From Sphyrna mokarran (taxonomy: Eukaryota): a stretch of 64,000 bases of DNA. Under the pieces are notes generated by a model that was not told the origin of the DNA, did no database searches, and saw only the letters and a program-made list of their open reading frames with translations. Shown piece after piece: positions 1 through 11,375 of the stretch. Position 1 is the first letter of the stretch, and every line of letters begins with the position of its first letter. The stretch spans positions 3,596,001 through 3,660,000 of the forward strand of contig JAGIQG010000040.1 in assembly GCA_024679065.1 (NCBI GenBank), in the 5' to 3' direction. Both the position numbers and the translations under genes were made by a program.

Positions 1-989
1 CCATATCTGATAAATTAATTTTAAACTAAGATTACAGTATACACACAAATACTGCTGTGCAAAAGGAGGCCATTTCGACCCATTGTGTCTGCACTGACAA
101 CATTACTCCTGACAACATTATTCCCGTAACTCCACATTTTTATACCGCTAATATCTCTAATCTACGCACCTCAGAATACTGACGGACAATAAAGCATGGC
201 CAATTCACCTAACCATCTTTGGAATGTGGGACGAAATTGGAGCACCTGGAGGAAACACAAGGAAAACGTGCAAACTCCACGCAGACAAGAATCGAATCCA
301 GGTCCCTGAAGCTGGGAGGCAGCACTGCGAACCACTTGCTACAGTGCTGGCTTGAGTACCTTAATCTAATACGTCCTTGGTAAAAGTATATTAGACATTG
401 ATGTTGCTTATATTATACAAGGTCTGCCCTAATTACTGCAGCAAGGGACCTTGCATTCATATATAAAACACTAGATTATGTGTTTACTCTGCTTTCTGCG
501 TCAACTAATACTGATTAGACAATGACCTAACCACGCACATATATGATCTTTGCAGTTCAAACGGACTGACGCTCACTTCTTGCTCTTGTTTCTGTCTTTC
601 ACTGAGTCATTTCTGCTGTTTGTTCTGAACAGCGTTTCAGGGTATCATTGGAGTGATCATGTCTCAACGAAACTAAAGTCACTGTACGCACGTGGTCAGG
701 AAGATTTGCACATTAGAGTCTCGAATATAGTGGAAGCATGTTAGAAATGACACCAATTAAATTTCTCGTTGCCTCATTTTTATTCGGTAAATTGGAACAT
801 TTACTTGTTGATATGAATTGTCATTCTGCTCCCTATTTGGTGTAATTCTAAAACGTATTCCTTCCTCTGGTATAAATAATCCACACTTGATAGTTAAATT
901 GTGATTGATTTGCCTCATTTTAAGAAAGCGAGGGGGAAGCTTGTCATCAATAAGGGCGTTACCTGAATGTCTTGCATGTTATTTTGCAG

Positions 990-1293
990 GTAATTTCCAA
1001 GGGAGTTCGGTAACACAGAGTCAACGTGAGTTGAAAGTAGCTGAGGGAACTTATCTGGAATTAAGATGTAATTACAACTCCAGTTCTGTTAATCCGGTTC
1101 GATACTGGTACCGGCTGTACCCGAACCAACTGCTCCAGTTCTTATTGTATCGGGATAACACCAGGCGTAAGGATGCCGAGTTTGCCAAAGGAAAATTCGA
1201 TGCCCGTCATTTCAGTCAATATCAGATTTTCCCTTTATCAACTTCTGCAGTGGAGATTAAAGACAGCGCCCTCTATTTCTGCGGATTGAGGAT
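990..1293 (+). CDS. TCR alpha/delta V segment exon (ORF open; functional leader not found)
   Basis: Acceptor ttttgcag at 982-989. Translates GNFQGSSVTQSQ...LRCNY...WYR...DSALYFCGLR with both Ig cysteines and the tryptophan. Only a degenerate leader candidate (~543-604, no in-frame ATG or GT donor) was seen, so functionality is uncertain. Confidence 0.85.
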
Positions 1294-1331
1294 CACAGTG
1301 CTTCAAACCAGCTATTACCCGTACAAAAACC
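1294..1331 (+). promoter_or_regulatory. RSS with 22-bp spacer (23-type)
   Basis: CACAGTG (1294-1300), 22-nt spacer, ACAAAAACC (1323-1331). Confidence 0.93.
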
Positions 1332-2454
1332 TCGTCAAAACACAACAAAACTAACAAATTAGAAAAGAGATCTTTCACCCAGCGACTCTCGAAAAATAAA
1401 ATCCCTTGTTTATAAAATGGTAAAAAAAACACGTATTTTTCTTCTGACGAAATGCTGTCAGGGATTATAGACACCAGTTAATCGGAGTGAACAGAGAAAC
1501 TAGATTGGTTCCCAAGGAAAAGAGAACTTGAGCTGAATTTTAAATGAGGTGCCTAAATTTTTAAACGGTTTTATATAAAGTATGCGGAAGAATTATTTAC
1601 ATCGGCTGCAGAGAGGACAATTAGAGGATATTGATTAAAGGTAATCAGTAAATAAAAATGATGGAGAAATTTATGGTTATTTTCGAAGTGTGTTTTTATG
1701 ATCTTCAAAACACTGCCTGAAAGAATGGCGGAAGCAGATACAGTAATAAGTGGCTGGCTTCAGATTTGAAATGGACAAAAGTGCAACTCAATGTATAAAG
1801 AATATATAACTAGCCAGAAGGGATAGCTCTTGCAGACTTGAAGTACAAACAACTTGACCAAAGGACTTCATTCTGTGTCGTTTTATCCAGTGATTCCATA
1901 AATCATGTACAATCCTAACTCTGTCATAAACAACCGTTTCTGTTATTGTCTATCGTTTAAAATCTTGAAGAGCCTCCAGAATAACACAGTGGGAGCAACT
2001 GCACCATTCGCATTGGCATAGTTCAGGATGTGATAACAATGTCGTTATGTCCGGTTAGCGATGGACAATAAATGGTGGTCTTGCTATAATCGCCTATATC
2101 TAGAGTATAGATTCAACAAAACAAAAACATATGGCACCTTGTGAGAACCAGCACATAATTTCACCCTCAGTTTGCATCATTCATCCTTTCTGTTTTACTT
2201 GTCTCTTATTTGCTCCCGCAATTTCCCTCTATTTCATGTCTGCTTCCTCTCTCCCAGGTTTTCTCACTCTTCGTTTTCCTTTTTTTTCGACACTTTGAAA
2301 AAAATCTCAATGACTGGATGTTATATTTAATGAGCAAGTTGTGTGTGGAGGGAAGGGATGGGGTGAATTGCCAAATACAACACCACCCAAAGCAGTGACT
2401 CTGTCAGACGGTACAGGTAGAAAAACTAGCTGTTCAATCATTACTCATGTTAAC

Positions 2455-3072
2455 ATGCTGCTACCCAGTTTTCATAATGCTCCTTTGTATTTGGAAAAAA
2501 AGGTCAAAAACCCCTCCTCTCCTTCTGTTTTAGCTTTATGTACAATTTAAAGAATGACAATAGTAAATATATCTCCACACATCTGACTCAAAGAAATTAC
2601 TGGCCAATAAATGATGGAAATCAAGTGGTTTCGTCATCTTGTACTTTGGCTGGTGTTTGGTATGTAAAACTATAACACCTTGTGTGATTGCAGTAGCGAC
2701 ATTTTGAAACATTTTCATGGAATTTTTCACTCAGTGTTGCATTAAATCTTCCCTTATGTTTTATTTCAAGGCTGACTCAAGCAGATTTTGGGTCTCCTCT
2801 ACAGTCTGAATTGCATCTTACTGAAGGAGATAGAGTGAAAATGGACGGCAGTACACAACAAACAACAATAACACCGATTTCTACTGGTACAGGTAGCACA
2901 ACGACAGAAGAGATGCAGATTTTGCCAAGGAAAAGTTCGAAGCTGGTCAGGCTAATGCAGAAAATAAGTTTCTTTCAGCGATTGCTTGAACAGAAATCCA
3001 AGACACTGCTGTCTATTCCTGCGTGTTGAAAGACACAAAGATCTAAAACTCGTCTATCGCTGTACAAAAACC
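2455..3072 (+). pseudogene. TCR V pseudogene, same family as the 990-1293 V
   Basis: Frameshifted leader (ATG CTG CTA CCC.. VFIMLLCIW, ~2455-2511). V exon ~2771-3033 reads FYWYR*HNDRRDADFAKEKF...IA*TEIQDTAVYSCVL, with stops and an FR2 deletion. RSS: CACAAAG (3034-3040), 23 nt, ACAAAAACC (3064-3072). Confidence 0.82.
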
Positions 3073-3420
3073 TCACCAAACGTAACTAGCACAAGTGGTA
3101 TCTCCAGTTCAAATTCTATCCGTGGCCATGTGCTAACTGTTACATTTCTCAATTCTATAAACTAAAATGGTCTTGTGCAGTTATTATTAAGACTAATATA
3201 AACTGAGATGTAGTCTAATTAAGTTGTTGCTCATACAGGGACGAAATTAATAAAAGCTGAGGCAGCTTCTAGTGCACTCATTGGGAGTGAAGAACTTGAC
3301 AGAGTTTAATTGGGTTGCTCTGTGTGCGTGTTTGAGTAGTTGACAGCCTCATTGAGACTGGTTTTATCCGAGATTCTAGACAACTTCAGTAGGCAGGAAC
3401 GGCAGGTTCAATCGGAAGAC

Positions 3421-5149
3421 AGTTTTTGTACAGAGTTGATATTGTTTTCAATCACTGTAAGTCCCAGAGAGAGCACAGTAATATCACTGCAACATTAATT
3501 GGCTGAGACTTTCCATCACAGCATCCCAAGACCGTCTCCTTCGCTGACGGCTGCATGTCCCAATATACAAGACACTTCTCTTCTGTAGTGCGATAGGTGC
3601 ATTTCGTTATCACGGCTTCCCCTTCTCTCCTGCTCTCTGAAGACTGGGACAGAATAACTGAATCTTCATCATTCTGATCGCCTACCACTGAAACAGGTCC
3701 ACAGCAGATGCCATCTACCTAGCCCTGCACTCAACCTTGGAACACCGAGATAACAAGGGCACACTCTTATTTATTGACTACAGTCAGATTTCAACACCAT
3801 TAGCCTGACGAAATTCATCTCCAAACTCCGCGGCCTGAGCCTCGGCTCCAACCTCTGCGACTGGATCCTGCACTTCCGAACTCACAAACCACAATCAGTA
3901 AGGATAGACAACAACATCTCCTTCGTGATTATCCTCAGTATCGGTGCCCCACAAGGCTATGTTCTCAGCCCCTTACTGTACTCCTTATATACCTGTGATA
4001 TGTCAGAACATCCTCCTTCAACTTAATTTTCCAGTTTGCTGACGACACCACTGCAGTGGGTCGGATCTTAAACAATGACGAGGCAGAGTATAGGAATGAA
4101 TTAGAGAGTCTGATGAACTGGTGTGATGACGATAATCTCTCCCTCAGTGTTAGCAAAATGAACGAGATTATTAATCCATTTCAGGAAGCGTTGTGGAGGA
4201 CGTGCCCCGTCTACATTAACGGGAACTAAATAGAAATGGTCTAAAACTTCCAGTTTTTAGGCTTTGAGATCACCTACAACCTTCCTTAGTACCCCCACAG
4301 CGACATTATAGTTAAGAAAGAGCCAGCATCGTTCTCTTTTCCATCTTCTTGCATCAGGAAGAAGATATAAAGGTCTGTGGTCACCAACCAACCGATTCAA
4401 AAACATCTTCTACCCTGCTGCCATCAGATTTTTTAATGGACCTACCTTGCACTAAGTTCTGCACCGTAGATTTGACTGTAACACTACACTCTGTACTGTC
4501 TCAGGTAGTTACTATGAAATCTGCTTGAGTTTCAAGCAACAAACAAAACAAAACTTGCTGGCTAAACTCCGCAGGTCTGGCAGCATCTGGGAAGACAGAA
4601 ATAGACTTATACATTGTCATATGGATCCTTATGAATCTATTCAGATTCTGTACATAGGATATATGGACCCGAAACATTAACCCTTTTCCTCTCTTGGTTG
4701 ACATACTTCAAGCAAAGACTGATTATCAATGAAGAAACATTTAACTTTTTGTATTTGTACACTTTATATAAACAGAGGCATAAAGCCTATATCTTTCTCT
4801 TAAAATTAAAGTTGAACCAACACCCCCAATGTTTTGGAAACACAATGCAATTCTTCTTACCCTTCAATAACCCAAGTTTTAACTACTGCACGTTGCTGTA
4901 AACTTCACTGCAATCAAAGTGAATGGACATTCAAAACGCGCATCGCTCCGTCTATCCTTCGATACGACTGTCTCTCTGTCCATCAATCCATCATCTATCC
5001 TCTCTTATCCCCTATAATGACTGCATAATACCCTTCAGTTTCTAAATACAACCGTCACTCAATTGTTGACACAAATCTTCATTCTAATGCAGACTTAACG
5101 ATTCACCAAACTTCAGGAGAAGAATGAAAACGGTAATCACAAAATTCAT
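3421..5149 (-). pseudogene. TCR V pseudogene (inverted) with intact leader and a LINE in its intron
   Basis: Leader exon 5149-5107 (MNFVITVFILLLKF+G|gtgaat, phase 1) splices in frame to the V exon starting at 3687 (DSVILSQSSESRREGEAVITKCTY..VYW). Internal deletion and a frameshift before YYCAL. RSS: TACAGTG (3459-3453), 23 nt, ACAAAAACT (3429-3421). Confidence 0.82.
3697..4500 (+). mobile_element. 5'-truncated non-LTR retrotransposon RT fragment (Rex1/Babar-like)
   Basis: Degenerate RT motifs: DAIYLALHSTLEH..LFIDYS..FNTI, GAPQGYVLSPLLYSLYT, FADDT. Confidence 0.75.
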
Positions 5150-5987
5150 GGACACTTCTTTCAGAATTGAATTCTTCTCATACTTTGAATTGTTCCAGAA
5201 GGCGAGCTGCAATCGAAGTGTTAGAATTTCCTTAAAGATCCTGCTGCCTTCAAGTAAATATCTATGTCGTGGACCCGTGTACTTGACCCGACTAGCAGTT
5301 ATTTGCCTCTCTTTCATGAGGAGTGTGGACTGAGTTTGCTACTCTGAATAAAAGTAAAATTAGCAGGATGCCCCTCCAGTGAAGTTGCCTTTCTATCTGA
5401 GACAAAGGAGGTGTTTCCAACGTCGCACAATGAGATTCCAATTTGCGGGTCGTTTCATCCATGCTGTAGCAGCCCTGTTTGGTTGGTAGCTCTTGTACAA
5501 GTATTCACTCCTTCCACCAACGATGCACAGTGACAGTCGTGTATACCGTTTGTCCGATGTTCGACGAAAACTCATTAAGCCTCCTTAGGCGCCACATTTC
5601 AAACATAAAGCAGCTGCAATTTGAAAGGCATGTAAATAGTCCTACTATCCAGACTCGGAAATTTCCTCTGTTCTTACACTGTCGCTCGGTTTCGGTAAAT
5701 ATTCTAGAATTCCCTCCTTAATCGCGCTGAGGGTGTACATACACGACAGAGACTGCAACCATTCAAAAAGGCAGTTCACCTCCACCTTATCAAAGGAAAT
5801 TAGAGATTGGTGATTTCTGCTGGCATCGCCTGAATTAAAAACCATAAACAATGTACACGAGGCCAAGTAGAGCATTTCACTAACAACTGTTGGTCACCTG
5901 ATGAATTTTTGGGCTGTCTGTCTGGAATTTCGATTGTAAGTTCAGAACTGGATTCCGCATTACAATTCTTAATTTTATTTTAAATTG

Positions 5988-6099
5988 TGGGCGTGGCCTA
6001 ATTTACCGATGTTCGGAGCTGAAGTATTTCAATTCATCTCTGCGATCCAGTCTACCAGAGCAGTCCAGCACTGCAGTCTCCAGCTCCTCGAGATATAAA
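5988..6099 (+). promoter_or_regulatory. Putative NAR-TCR V promoter
   Basis: GC-box GGGCGTGGC at ~5988 and a TATA-like GATATAAA at ~6092, just upstream of the leader ATG at 6124. Confidence 0.4.
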
Positions 6100-6123
6100 C
6101 CATCAGCTCCAGGCAGCAGAGCG

Positions 6124-6605
6124 ATGAAAATCCTCCTTGTCTTCACTGTGTGTGTCTATTTACCCCGTGAGTACTGATCATATTAAACTACATTGTATGG
6201 GTTGAAAGTAAAGCTGCCCCACTTCAGCCCCTTTATAAACACTGTCTGAGTTTTTAGCCCCGTTCTGTGGTTGAGCTCTGATGGTCTATTAAATGCCCTG
6301 TGTTTAATTTCCAGGATCGTTCAGTCAGTCAGTGACACAGAGTCCGCCAACCGTGACCAGGAAGGAGTGCCAGTCTCTCACCATCACCTGTGTTTTACAT
6401 GGAGTTTATGATTTGGGAACTGGTCATTTTTTCAAACTGGCCCAGACCGGAACAGAGCAGGAACAGATCTCCAATGGAGGGAGATTCGTTGTGTCGGTCA
6501 ATGAAGGAGAGAAGAAATTTTCACTGGAAATTCAGGATCTGAGAATTGAAGACACCGCCACCTACTACTGTAAAGCTCGGTACTGGTACTATACAAGTGG
6601 GACAC
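6124..6605 (+). CDS. NAR-TCR V (IgNAR-like V domain of TCR delta): leader exon 6124-6166 + V exon 6315-6605
   Basis: Leader MKILLVFTVCVYLP+C|gtgagt; acceptor ttccag. Reads QSVTQSPPTVTRKECQSLTITCVL...ISNGGRFVVSVNEGEKKFSLEIQDLRIEDTATYYCKA. It has the VNAR-like architecture (short FR2, no CDR2), the extra FR1 Cys typical of NAR-TCR V, and the FR2 Trp replaced by Phe. Confidence 0.92.
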
Positions 6606-6633
6606 CACAATGGAATGGAGAAGGACAAATACC
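6606..6633 (+). promoter_or_regulatory. 12-bp-spacer RSS on NAR-TCR V
   Basis: CACAATG (6606-6612), GAATGGAGAAGG (12 nt), ACAAATACC (6625-6633). Confidence 0.85.
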
Positions 6634-6959
6634 CAAATATAAAAAAAAACGCAATAATTCTCAGCAATTCCCAATTTCGGTTACTTAACTGTCGGCATGA
6701 TGCCATTCCCACTTCAGTCTGGTTTAATTTCAGTGTAATTTCCTTCGATCAATTATCATTCTTTAACGTTTTTCTCCCTTAATAATAACCTTCCATCTCT
6801 GCTCCTGTTCCATTATCACAGGAGCTCAGAGAATCACAAAGTACAGCGTGAGTCAATTTTTTAAAGCAATCAATGTTCATTATTGGCCCCAATCTTGTGA
6901 GTAATGTAGAAACGCTGAGTGCCCGGTAATGCTGGCTGCTACGAGCTTGAGGCTTCAGT

Positions 6960-6998
6960 CATTTTTGTATTGGGCTGATTGAGAGCGGTGTCACTGTG
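6960..6998 (+). promoter_or_regulatory. 23-bp-spacer RSS of NAR-TCR J
   Basis: CATTTTTGT (6960-6968), 23 nt, CACTGTG (6992-6998). Confidence 0.9.
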
Positions 6999-7051
6999 GG
7001 GAAAATGGAGATTTGCAGATGGGCCTGGGACAGAAGTGATTGTCACAGCCG
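6999..7051 (+). CDS. NAR-TCR J segment
   Basis: GKWRFADGPGTEVIVTA+G|gtaagt: a G-x-G-T J motif with a phase-1 donor that joins in frame to the supporting V exon at 10970. Confidence 0.9.
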
Positions 7052-7389
7052 GTAAGTGACTTCAAATCCTCCGTGTTACAGACTGTCCTGGTTAGTGTTC
7101 ACCATTAGTTTATATTCATTTTTTAATACCACTTCAGAGCTCTGCTTCTAAAGCAGGGTGGTTTCCAGAATAAGATTCTCAATTGCAGATTTAGACTTGG
7201 GAGCAGCGTAAGAAACTGAACTCGAATTTTGGTGTGAGAAAGGATTGAAGCAGTGTGAGACCCAAATGACAATTATCTTACGGGAAATGAAATTCAGCTG
7301 ACCATTATTGGTTTGAAAAAGGTATCGGATGATCTTCACAACAGCCTGCACTCTCATACTCCATATGGGTTTCAATGGGCATACATTAG

Positions 7390-7690
7390 GGAAGGTGGTG
7401 GTCAAACTATTGCTAGACTATTAATTCAAAAACACAGCTAAAGCCCTGAGGATCCCGCCAGGGCAGGTGGTGAAATTTCAATTCAATTAAAGTATCTGGA
7501 ATCAAGAATCTATTTATGACCATGACCACATTTTTAATTGTTCAAAAACCTATCTGCTTCACTAATGTGTGTCAGGGAAGAAAATCTGTGATTATATGGC
7601 CTGGCCTACATATTATTGCAGGGCCACAGCAATGTCGTTGACTCTGGGTAACTTGGGATGGGCATGCGCCCACGTCTAATGAATTAATAA
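7390..7690 (+). mobile_element. Shark tRNA-derived SINE (second family); further copies at ~9180-9495(-), ~26090-26390(-), ~28605-28935(-)
   Basis: Shared internal sequence (gatgaccatga...ttcactaatg...ggcctacat...ccacagcaatgt) occurs in several dispersed copies. Confidence 0.6.
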
Positions 7691-7975
7691 AAAACATATT
7701 GTAGATACTCCAAAAATCTGCGCCCTCCTCTTCACTAGAAGAGAACAGAGTCAAAGAGCGCAGGATTTCTCTCTGCTCCGGGAAATATGGATGAGATACT
7801 GGAGGAGGTAATCCAATATTGCAGTGGCCGGTCAATACCTGCCGCGTCAGGAAAATGAAAACGTGACGCAAATAGCTTCAAGATAAAATTTTATAATTGA
7901 AGTTGGCATTCCATTCTTGCATAATCAGTGGCTAAAATGATTACATTCTACTTGATCTTTATTTTCTTCCTATGA

Positions 7976-8680
7976 ATAATTATAGTGTTGATGAACAGAG
8001 GGATCTTGGTGTATGTGTGCATAGATCCCTGAAAGTTGGCAATCAAGTTGATAAGGTTGTTAAGAAGGCATACGGATTCTTAGCTTTTATTGGTAGGGGG
8101 ATTGAATTTCGGAGCTGCAACGTCATGTTGCAACTGTACAAAACTCTAGAGCGGCCGCACTTGGAGTATTGTGTGCAGTTCTGGTCCCCGCATTATAAGA
8201 AAGATGTGGAGGCATTGGAAAGGGTACAGAGGGGGTTTACCAGGATGTTGCCTGATATGGAAGGCAGGTCTTATGAAGAGAGGCTGAGGGATTTGAGGTT
8301 GTTTTAGTTAGAAGGAAGGCGGCTAAGAGGAGACCTTATTGAAACATATAAGATGATTAGAGGTTTAGATAGGACAGTGATAGTCTTTTTCCTACGATGG
8401 AGATAGCTAGCACGAGGGGACATAGCTTTAAATTAAGGGGTGGTGGTTTTAGGACAGATGTCAGAGGTAGGTTCTTTACCCAGAGAGTGGTAAGGGTATG
8501 GAATGCCCTGCCTGTGTCAGTTGTTGATGCGCCACGTTTGATGGCGTTTAAGAGGTTAGTAGATAAGTTTATGGATGATAAGGGAATGGTTTAGGTTAGA
8601 TGGTCACTGCTAGTTCCTAATTGGTCGGCGCAACATTGAAGGCCGAAGGGCCTGTTCTGCGCTGTAATGTTCTATGTTCT
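7976..8680 (+). mobile_element. CR1/HER1-type LINE 3' end
   Basis: ORF 7972-8307 (RDLGV..LYKTL.RPHLEYCVQFWSP..LERVQR) and a 3' tail ggccgaagggcctg...gttctatgttcta. Confidence 0.9.
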
Positions 8681-8981
8681 AAATAATTATTCCTGCCTCG
8701 ACAAAATTCTGAAAAAGTGTGAATTGCATTCTCTTGCACGTATTGGAAGTCAACGGTAGACGAATCTGTTGGCATTTTTTTTGTCTCGATTTCAAAAACA
8801 CAGGATTGTGCTCATTGAAGCATAATCAATCCCTCAAAGATTGGGTTGTGTCGGGTGCCAAATCGTTTCATAGATTTTATTTTTGCATACTAATAGATTC
8901 AATGGATTTAGGTATAGAGCACACAGTAGGTGAACAGAACTAATCTTCCTAAATTGTGCAGCGGGCCCCAAATTGGTCTAC

Positions 8982-9670
8982 CATGTTTCTATTTTTATGT
9001 ATTTTATTTCTTACAGTCCTGAGAAAATCAGTAATCAATAATGTGTATGGACAGCGAAAGTTTAGAAAAGCATTGCCATTTGTCTCTCGAAGACTGGGAA
9101 GACGTGACAAAACTTTTAACATTATGTTCTGCTTTCAGGGAGGTACATGTGCAGACACCGATCCTCCGGTGAAAGAGGATCGTTTAATTCATTCATGGCC
9201 AGCATTTATTTGTCGCCCATGAAATCAATGTTTGACTAAGCCATTTCGGAAGGCAGTTGAAGTCACACACATTGCTGTGTCTCTGGAGCCACATGTGGGC
9301 CAGACCATGTAAGGACAGCAGATTTACTTCGCTAAAGGAAGGAAATAAGATGGGATTTTCCAACAATCGATAATGGTTTCATGGTCCACAAAAGATTGTT
9401 AATTCCAGTTTTTTGTTGAAAAAAGAACTGAAGTCAAATCCTGCCAGCTGCGAGGCAGGATTCGAACTTGGGTCACCAGAGCAATTACTACCAGAACAGA
9501 CAGAAACATTCGGGTATAATTACACGGAGACACTTTAGAATGTGAAGGTCTGTATTTGGAGAAACAGCGCGATAAATTTATGGCAGAGCTGGAAAAATAT
9601 GGGCGCGCGAGAGGGATATATAGACACACAGCTCGGGATGTAAATGGTTATTTTGTGTTCGAGAGAAGAG
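8982..9670 (+). pseudogene. Highly degenerate V relic split by a SINE
   Basis: Leader-like MFLFLCILFLTVL; acceptor tttcag at ~9138 followed by GGTCADT. After the SINE the sequence reads RDKFMAELEK (compare SDRFSADLDK in the 16.3 kb V) and LFCVRE. No RSS recognisable. Confidence 0.4.
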
Positions 9671-10969
9671 ATGTACAGGAACAAGTTTCATCCAGCTGGG
9701 CCGAATGGCCTGTTCATGATAAGTGGAAAGCGTAAAACGTAAAGCGTAGAGACAATTCTGTTTGGAAAGGACAAAGAACATTCAGCCAATGGATTAAAGA
9801 GATTAATATTCTCGCACATTCTGAAGGCACTGCTTTTACTGCGTGTGTAGCAGTAAAACCACTGCGGAAATTGAACTGGCTGAACAACTGAGAGAAATTA
9901 GGGCAAGTTTTCATAACGGTTAGAAACCATGACGGTTAGAAACCACTAAGAACAGACAAAAAAAAACTCAGATGTAGAAATAATATGAAATCAACTTACA
10001 AATATTTCTAATAGAAGTAAAACAGAAAAATGGGTGAAAACAGACAAGCAGCACAATGGCAGGCAGGAATTAGCTTGCAGTGTTGAACTACACTGTCAGT
10101 CTTTGACCCGCAGATAAATATTGTCAGCTCAAATTAACAGGTATGGACGAACATCTCTGCCCTGTGTTGAACATCGATATGCGCAAGGGGATTAGAAAGA
10201 TTAATTCTCCTTCGGGCAATCAAACCTAGAGAGCAATTGATTCAGTGAGTAGAAGAGTAATCTTTTATGATTTATTCTGCATTGATGTGTTACCAATATA
10301 GTTGTTGGCAGATATTTATTAAAAATGGAATCATACTTCGCATAATATATAATTCGGCCAATAATGACAAATATTTCAACGTGTTACCAATGTACCCATT
10401 CGCCCTTCTTTGGTCCCTTTGCACTGGAGTCTTGTCCTGTGCCAGAAGTTTTTGTTTGATTCTCCATTGTCGTTTGAAAGTTAATGTAGAATCTGCTGCC
10501 TGCACCGCTCCTTCTGCAGTGCACTCTAGGTGCGTGCATTTGAACGAGGAAATAAATCTGAAGGTCTGCTCTGCTTGTTAATTTCCAACGATCAATGCAA
10601 TTTAAAACAAATTCACAGAACCCCAGAACGACAGAAGGAGACCATTCGGCCAATCGAATCTCTATCGTCCACATCCCCACAACCCCAGACATTTACACCG
10701 CTAATTCCGCTAAAAGACTGCGGTCAATTTAGCATGGCGAATCAACATAACCTGCACATCTTTAGATGTGGGACAAAACCGGAGCGCCCGAGGAAACCCA
10801 CACGGACACGAGGCCGGATTAGAACCCGGTTCCCTGGCACTGTGAGACAGAATTGCCAAATGCCAGCCCCAAATTCAATGAAACAAATTGTCGCAGCAGA
10901 CAGGCCCAATTGACAAGCTTTATGGGGCTAAACAGTGGCTAAAAAATTCATTATGTTTCTATCTTGCAG

Positions 10970-11275
10970 ATTCCAGCTCATCTGTGTCACCAAGTTCACT
11001 TGCCCAAACCTCTGCTGCCGGTGACACGGTTACTCTAATCTGTGAATATTCAGGAATCTGTCAGTACACAGTACACTGGTATCGTCAGTCCCCAGGACAG
11101 GCACTGAAATACCTGCTTCAGGCACACACATCAGGAGAGGAGAGTAACGAAAACGCTGGCGGGGGCAGAATTTCTGTTTATATGCATTCTTCAGTCAAAA
11201 TCAGCCGGTTAGAGATCACCAAACTGCAACTGAGCGACTCCGCTGTTTATTATTGTGCACTGACTGGACGCAGAG
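10970..11275 (+). CDS. Leaderless NAR-TCR-supporting TCR delta V segment
   Basis: Acceptor cttgcag at 10963-10969. Reads DSSSSVSPSSLAQTSAAGDTVTLICEYSGICQYTVHWYRQ...DSAVYYCALTGRR, with an extra CDR1 Cys (predicted partner of the NAR-TCR FR1 Cys). Lies downstream of, and in frame with, the NAR-TCR J donor. Confidence 0.92.
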
Positions 11276-11375
11276 CACAGTGACACAGAACACGGAGAGA
11301 GCTGTACAGAAACCTGAACACGGTGAGGATTGCAGACACAGTGATAAAGAGCACTGAGAGAACTGCACAAAAAAT
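11276..11375 (+). promoter_or_regulatory. Two tandem 23-RSSs
   Basis: CACAGTG (11276-11282)-23-ACAGAAACC (11306-11314), and CACAGTG (11337-11343)-23-ACAAAAAAT (11367-11375). Confidence 0.88.

Noticed and set aside
543-645. Hydrophobic ORF as a functional leader for the 990-1293 V
   Set aside because: No in-frame ATG and no phase-1 GT donor; at best a degenerate leader.
5526-5532. Lone CACAGTG heptamer
   Set aside because: No nonamer at 12 or 23 spacing and no V exon upstream.
6817-6844. CACAGGA-12-ACAAAGTAC, a possible D-segment 3' RSS between NAR-TCR V and J
   Set aside because: Both heptamer and nonamer are poor and there is no matching 5' 23-RSS, so it is not supported as a D segment.
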